A stretch of 50,647 nt of DNA from Verrucomicrobiota bacterium (lineage in GTDB: Bacteria; Verrucomicrobiota; Verrucomicrobiia; Limisphaerales; CANJSG01), in contig CANJSG010000004.1 in assembly GCA_947476875.1 (NCBI GenBank), positions 1 to 50,647 on the forward strand, in the 5' to 3' direction. How positions within the stretch are numbered: position 1 is the stretch's first letter; every line of letters begins with the position of its first letter. A program made the translations under genes and the position numbers. The notes beneath the pieces were generated by a model, which saw nothing but the letters and a program-made list of their open reading frames with translations, was not told where the DNA came from and did not search any database. Shown here piece by piece: positions 47,827-50,647 of this stretch.

Positions 47827-47912
47827 GAGTCAGCGATCCTGTGCGCCTGGCTTTCGAGGCATTTGTTCTTCGGTCCAGGTTTCAGGCCACTGCTAAGGCT
47901 CTATAGTGTGCC

Positions 47913-48896
47913 TCACCCCTCCAGCACCTTCGTGCCTTGGAAGTCGAAGCGGAAGCGGACTTCGGTGAGGCCGGCCTGGTGCATGGCGTGGCGGAGCTTC
48001 GCCTTGCCTTCGTCGGCGTAGAACATGAGGAAGCCGCCGCCGCCGGCGCCGATGAGCTTGCCGCCGAGCGCGCCGTTGGCCATGGCCGCGTCATACCATT
48101 CGTCGATCTGGCCGTTGCTCATGTTGCCGCTGCGTTCCTTCTTCCGTTTCCAGTGCACGTCCATGAGCCGGGCGAACTCGCGCAGGTCGCCCTTCTCCAT
48201 GGCGGCCGCGCTCTGGCGGCCGAGGTCCTTGATGAAATGCAGGTTCTCCAGCATCGCCTGGTCGTCCTGCTTCGACTTGTCGTGCTGTTCCTTGAGGATG
48301 GACGAGGCGGATCGGCTGTAGCCGGTGAAGAAGAGGAGGAGGTTGTCCTCGAGGTTGTAGAGCGTCTCCTCGGAGAGCTTGAGGGGCCAGGCCTTGACGT
48401 TGCCGTCGCGCTGGAACTCGAAGCAGGTGATGCCGCCGTAGGCCGCGATGTATTGGTCCTGCTTGCCGATGGGTTCGCGCAGGCGGTTCAGCTCGATGTA
48501 GCAGGCCTGGGCGGCGAGTTCGGCCGGGTGGACGAGGTTCTTCTTGTAGCCGTGGAGGGCCTTCAGCAGCGAGGTGGTGAAGCTGCCGGAGGAACCGAGC
48601 CCGGTGCCGGCCGGGATGTCGGCCATGCTGGTCATCTCCAGATACGGGCCTTCCACGCCCACGAGGTCGAAGGCCTCGCGGATGATGGGATGCTCGAGCT
48701 GCTTGGCGGTGGGAACGCGCTCGAGCTTGGAATATTTCACGATCAGATCCGGCACGAAGGTCTGGTGCAGGGTCGTGTAGATATACTTGTCGATGGCCGC
48801 GGCCACGAGGAAGCCGCCGTGGCGTTCGTAGTAGGAGGGAAGATCGGTGCCGCCGCCGCCGAGGCTGATGCGAAGAGGGGAGCGCGTGATGATCAT
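47913..48896 (-). CDS. GHMP-family sugar kinase, D-glycero-D-manno-heptose-7-phosphate kinase-like (HddA-like)
   Basis: MIITRSPLRISLGGGGTD, DIPAGTGLGSS, IGKQDQY, GGKLIGAGGGGF. Confidence 0.9.
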   Translation of the reverse strand: MIITRSPLRISLGGGGTDLPSYYERHGGFLVAAAIDKYIYTTLHQTFVPDLIVKYSKLERVPTAKQLEHPIIREAFDLVGVEGPYLEMTSMADIPAGTGLGSSGSFTTSLLKALHGYKKNLVHPAELAAQACYIELNRLREPIGKQDQYIAAYGGITCFEFQRDGNVKAWPLKLSEETLYNLEDNLLLFFTGYSRSASSILKEQHDKSKQDDQAMLENLHFIKDLGRQSAAAMEKGDLREFARLMDVHWKRKKERSGNMSNGQIDEWYDAAMANGALGGKLIGAGGGGFLMFYADEGKAKLRHAMHQAGLTEVRFRFDFQGTKVLEG

Positions 48897-48965
48897 GGCT
48901 GGGCGGAAAGGTGCGAAGGACGGCGGGCGAAAGGCAAGTGCGGGAATGAGGCTTGGCCGCAATCC

Positions 48966-49032
48966 TTCTCGTCCTCGTTATCCTTCTCGCTGGGTTTCCG
49001 AGAACGAGGACGAGAATGAGGACGAGAATGAG
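48966..49032. repeat. Intergenic 12-mer/6-mer palindromic element
   Basis: ttctcgtcctcgtt (48966-48979) is the perfect inverse of 49003-49016; tandem gagaacgaggac-gagaatgaggac-gagaatgag. Confidence 0.8.
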
Positions 49033-49059
49033 ATGCGGGCTGCAGCGACCGCCCTGCCA

Positions 49060-50505
49060 TCAGGCGAGGAGCTTCTTCACCAGTTCGCCGTGGATGTCGG
49101 TCAGCCGGAAGTCGCGGCCTTCGAAGCGGTGGGTGAAGCGGGTGTGCTCGATGCCGAGCAGGTGGAGCATCGTGGCGTGCAGGTCGTGCACTGAGACGGG
49201 ATCGGCCACGATGTTGTAGCCGAAATCGTCGGTCTCGCCGAGGACGAGTCCGGGCTTCACGCCGCCGCCGGCCATCCAGAGCGAGAAGCAGCGGGGATGA
49301 TGGTCGCGGCCGAAGCTGGTCTTGGAGATGTCGCCCTGGGAATAGGCCGTGCGTCCGAACTCGCCGCCCCAGATGACGAGCGTGTCGTCGAGCAGGCCGC
49401 GTTGTTTGAGATCCTTGACCAAGGCGGCGCTGGCTTTGTCCGTGTTCTTCGTCTGGTTCTTGATGCCGTCGGGCAAGCCGCCGTGGTGGTCCCAGTCGCG
49501 GTGGCAAAGCTGGACGAAGCGCACGCCGCGTTCCGCCAGGCGCCGCGCGAGCAGGCAGTTGTTGGCGAAGGATGCCTTGCCCGGTTCCGCGCCGTAGGCC
49601 TCGAGGACTTCCTTGGGCTCCTTCGCGAGATCCATCAGGTCCGGCACGCTCGTCTGCATGCGGAAGGCGAGTTCGTAGTTCTCGATGTGCGTGGCGATCG
49701 AGGGATCGCCGAGCGCGCCGAGCTGTTTGCGATTGAACTCCTGCATCGAGTCGAGCAACTGCCGGCGGGCGTTGCCGCTGAGGCCGGGCGGATTGGAGAC
49801 GTAGAGAACGGGATCGCCCTGGCTGCGGAGCTGCACGCCCTGGTAGTTGCCGGGGAGGAATCCATTTCCCCAGTAACGCGCCTGCAAGGATTGGCCGCCG
49901 CTGCCGCTGACGAGGACGACGTAGGCCGGGAGGTTCTGGTTCTCGCTGCCGAGACCGTAGGCCAGCCATGCGCCCATCGTCGGCCGGCCGGGCTGCTGGT
50001 TGCCGGTGCCGAAGAAGGTGACGGCCGGATCGTGGTTGATCGGGTCGGTGTGCATCGAGCGGATGAGCGCGATGTCGTCCACGATGCCGCCGATGTTCGG
50101 GAGCATGCTGCTCAGCTCGACGCCGGACTTGCCGTAGCGTTTGAACTCGAAGGCGGGCCCGACGCACTTCAGCACGGACTGGCCGGCGGTCATGCCGGTG
50201 ATGCGCTGGCCCATGCGGACGCTGGGCGGCAATTCCTCGCCGGTCATCTCCTTGAGCTTCGGCTTGTGGTCGAAGAGATCGAGGTGCGAGGGCGCGCCGG
50301 ATTGGAAGAGGTAGATGACGCGTTTGGCCTTGGGCGCGAAGTGGAGCGTTTTGAGCGCGCCTCCGATTCCGGATGGAGCCGCACCTGCGCCGAAGAGGGA
50401 AGGCTTGAGCAAGGTAGCGAGCGCCATCGCGCCAAGCCCGGTCGTGCTGCGGGTGAGGAAGGAGCGGCGGGTCAACGCGCGTTCGATGTCGGACTGGAAG
50501 ATCAT
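49060..50505 (-). CDS. DUF1501 family protein (Tat-exported), second paralog
   Basis: TRRSFL Tat motif; AKRVIYLFQSGAPSHLDLFD, INHDPA, WDHH, WGGEFGRT, GRDHHP. Confidence 0.95.
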   Translation of the reverse strand: MIFQSDIERALTRRSFLTRSTTGLGAMALATLLKPSLFGAGAAPSGIGGALKTLHFAPKAKRVIYLFQSGAPSHLDLFDHKPKLKEMTGEELPPSVRMGQRITGMTAGQSVLKCVGPAFEFKRYGKSGVELSSMLPNIGGIVDDIALIRSMHTDPINHDPAVTFFGTGNQQPGRPTMGAWLAYGLGSENQNLPAYVVLVSGSGGQSLQARYWGNGFLPGNYQGVQLRSQGDPVLYVSNPPGLSGNARRQLLDSMQEFNRKQLGALGDPSIATHIENYELAFRMQTSVPDLMDLAKEPKEVLEAYGAEPGKASFANNCLLARRLAERGVRFVQLCHRDWDHHGGLPDGIKNQTKNTDKASAALVKDLKQRGLLDDTLVIWGGEFGRTAYSQGDISKTSFGRDHHPRCFSLWMAGGGVKPGLVLGETDDFGYNIVADPVSVHDLHATMLHLLGIEHTRFTHRFEGRDFRLTDIHGELVKKLLA

Positions 50506-50527
50506 GGCGAGGGGATGGGATGCCCGA

Positions 50528-50644
50528 GTCGCGGAGCGACCATGGAGATTAGCCGGCCACGAAGCGGCTGGTATCCGGCCGGATGAAACTCGTCCCGGAG
50601 GGACGGCGGAGTGACTGGAGGATTCCCGCGTCCCTTCAGGACGC
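50528..50644. repeat. Cluster of short triloop hairpins (REP-like), truncated by window end
   Basis: gtcgc-gga-gcgac, cgtccc-gga-gggacg, gcgtcc-cttca-ggacgc. Confidence 0.6.
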
Positions 50645-50647
50645 AGA

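Overview
This is a GC-rich bacterial chromosomal window. The PSD1/DUF1501 pairs, DUF58-BatA cluster, PVC-type propeller protein and repeat style point to Verrucomicrobiota (PVC superphylum); this is an inference. The housekeeping genes are atpD (3' part), atpC, tyrA, aroA, pgi, lysA, an RlmI-like methyltransferase and hddA/hddC-like sugar-nucleotide genes. Accessory blocks are: (i) a translationally coupled cupin/FG-GAP/sialidase-like operon; (ii) a region starting at a truncated 5' half of tRNA-Leu with att-like arm repeats, followed by an ArsR-controlled sulfur module (YgaP-like protein, RND pair, SorAB sulfite dehydrogenase) and a decayed cytochrome c gene; (iii) a PSD1-DUF1501-SGNH/propeller/azurin-metallopeptidase operon whose peptidase carries an S4-like insert; (iv) DUF58-BatA-DUF4175-like genes; (v) two tandem OppA-like lipoproteins; (vi) an orphan SMI1/KNR4 gene. 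The most striking sequence-level signal is several unrelated palindromic or short-period repeat families that occur between genes and also in frame inside intact genes (FG-GAP protein, RND permease, aroA, possibly two signal peptides). Exported proteins also show an excess of Thr-Asn dipeptides, and many start codons lie in a CC-ATG context. No CRISPR array, rRNA, intact tRNA, integrase or transposase was seen. All family calls are by motif recognition; no searches were run.
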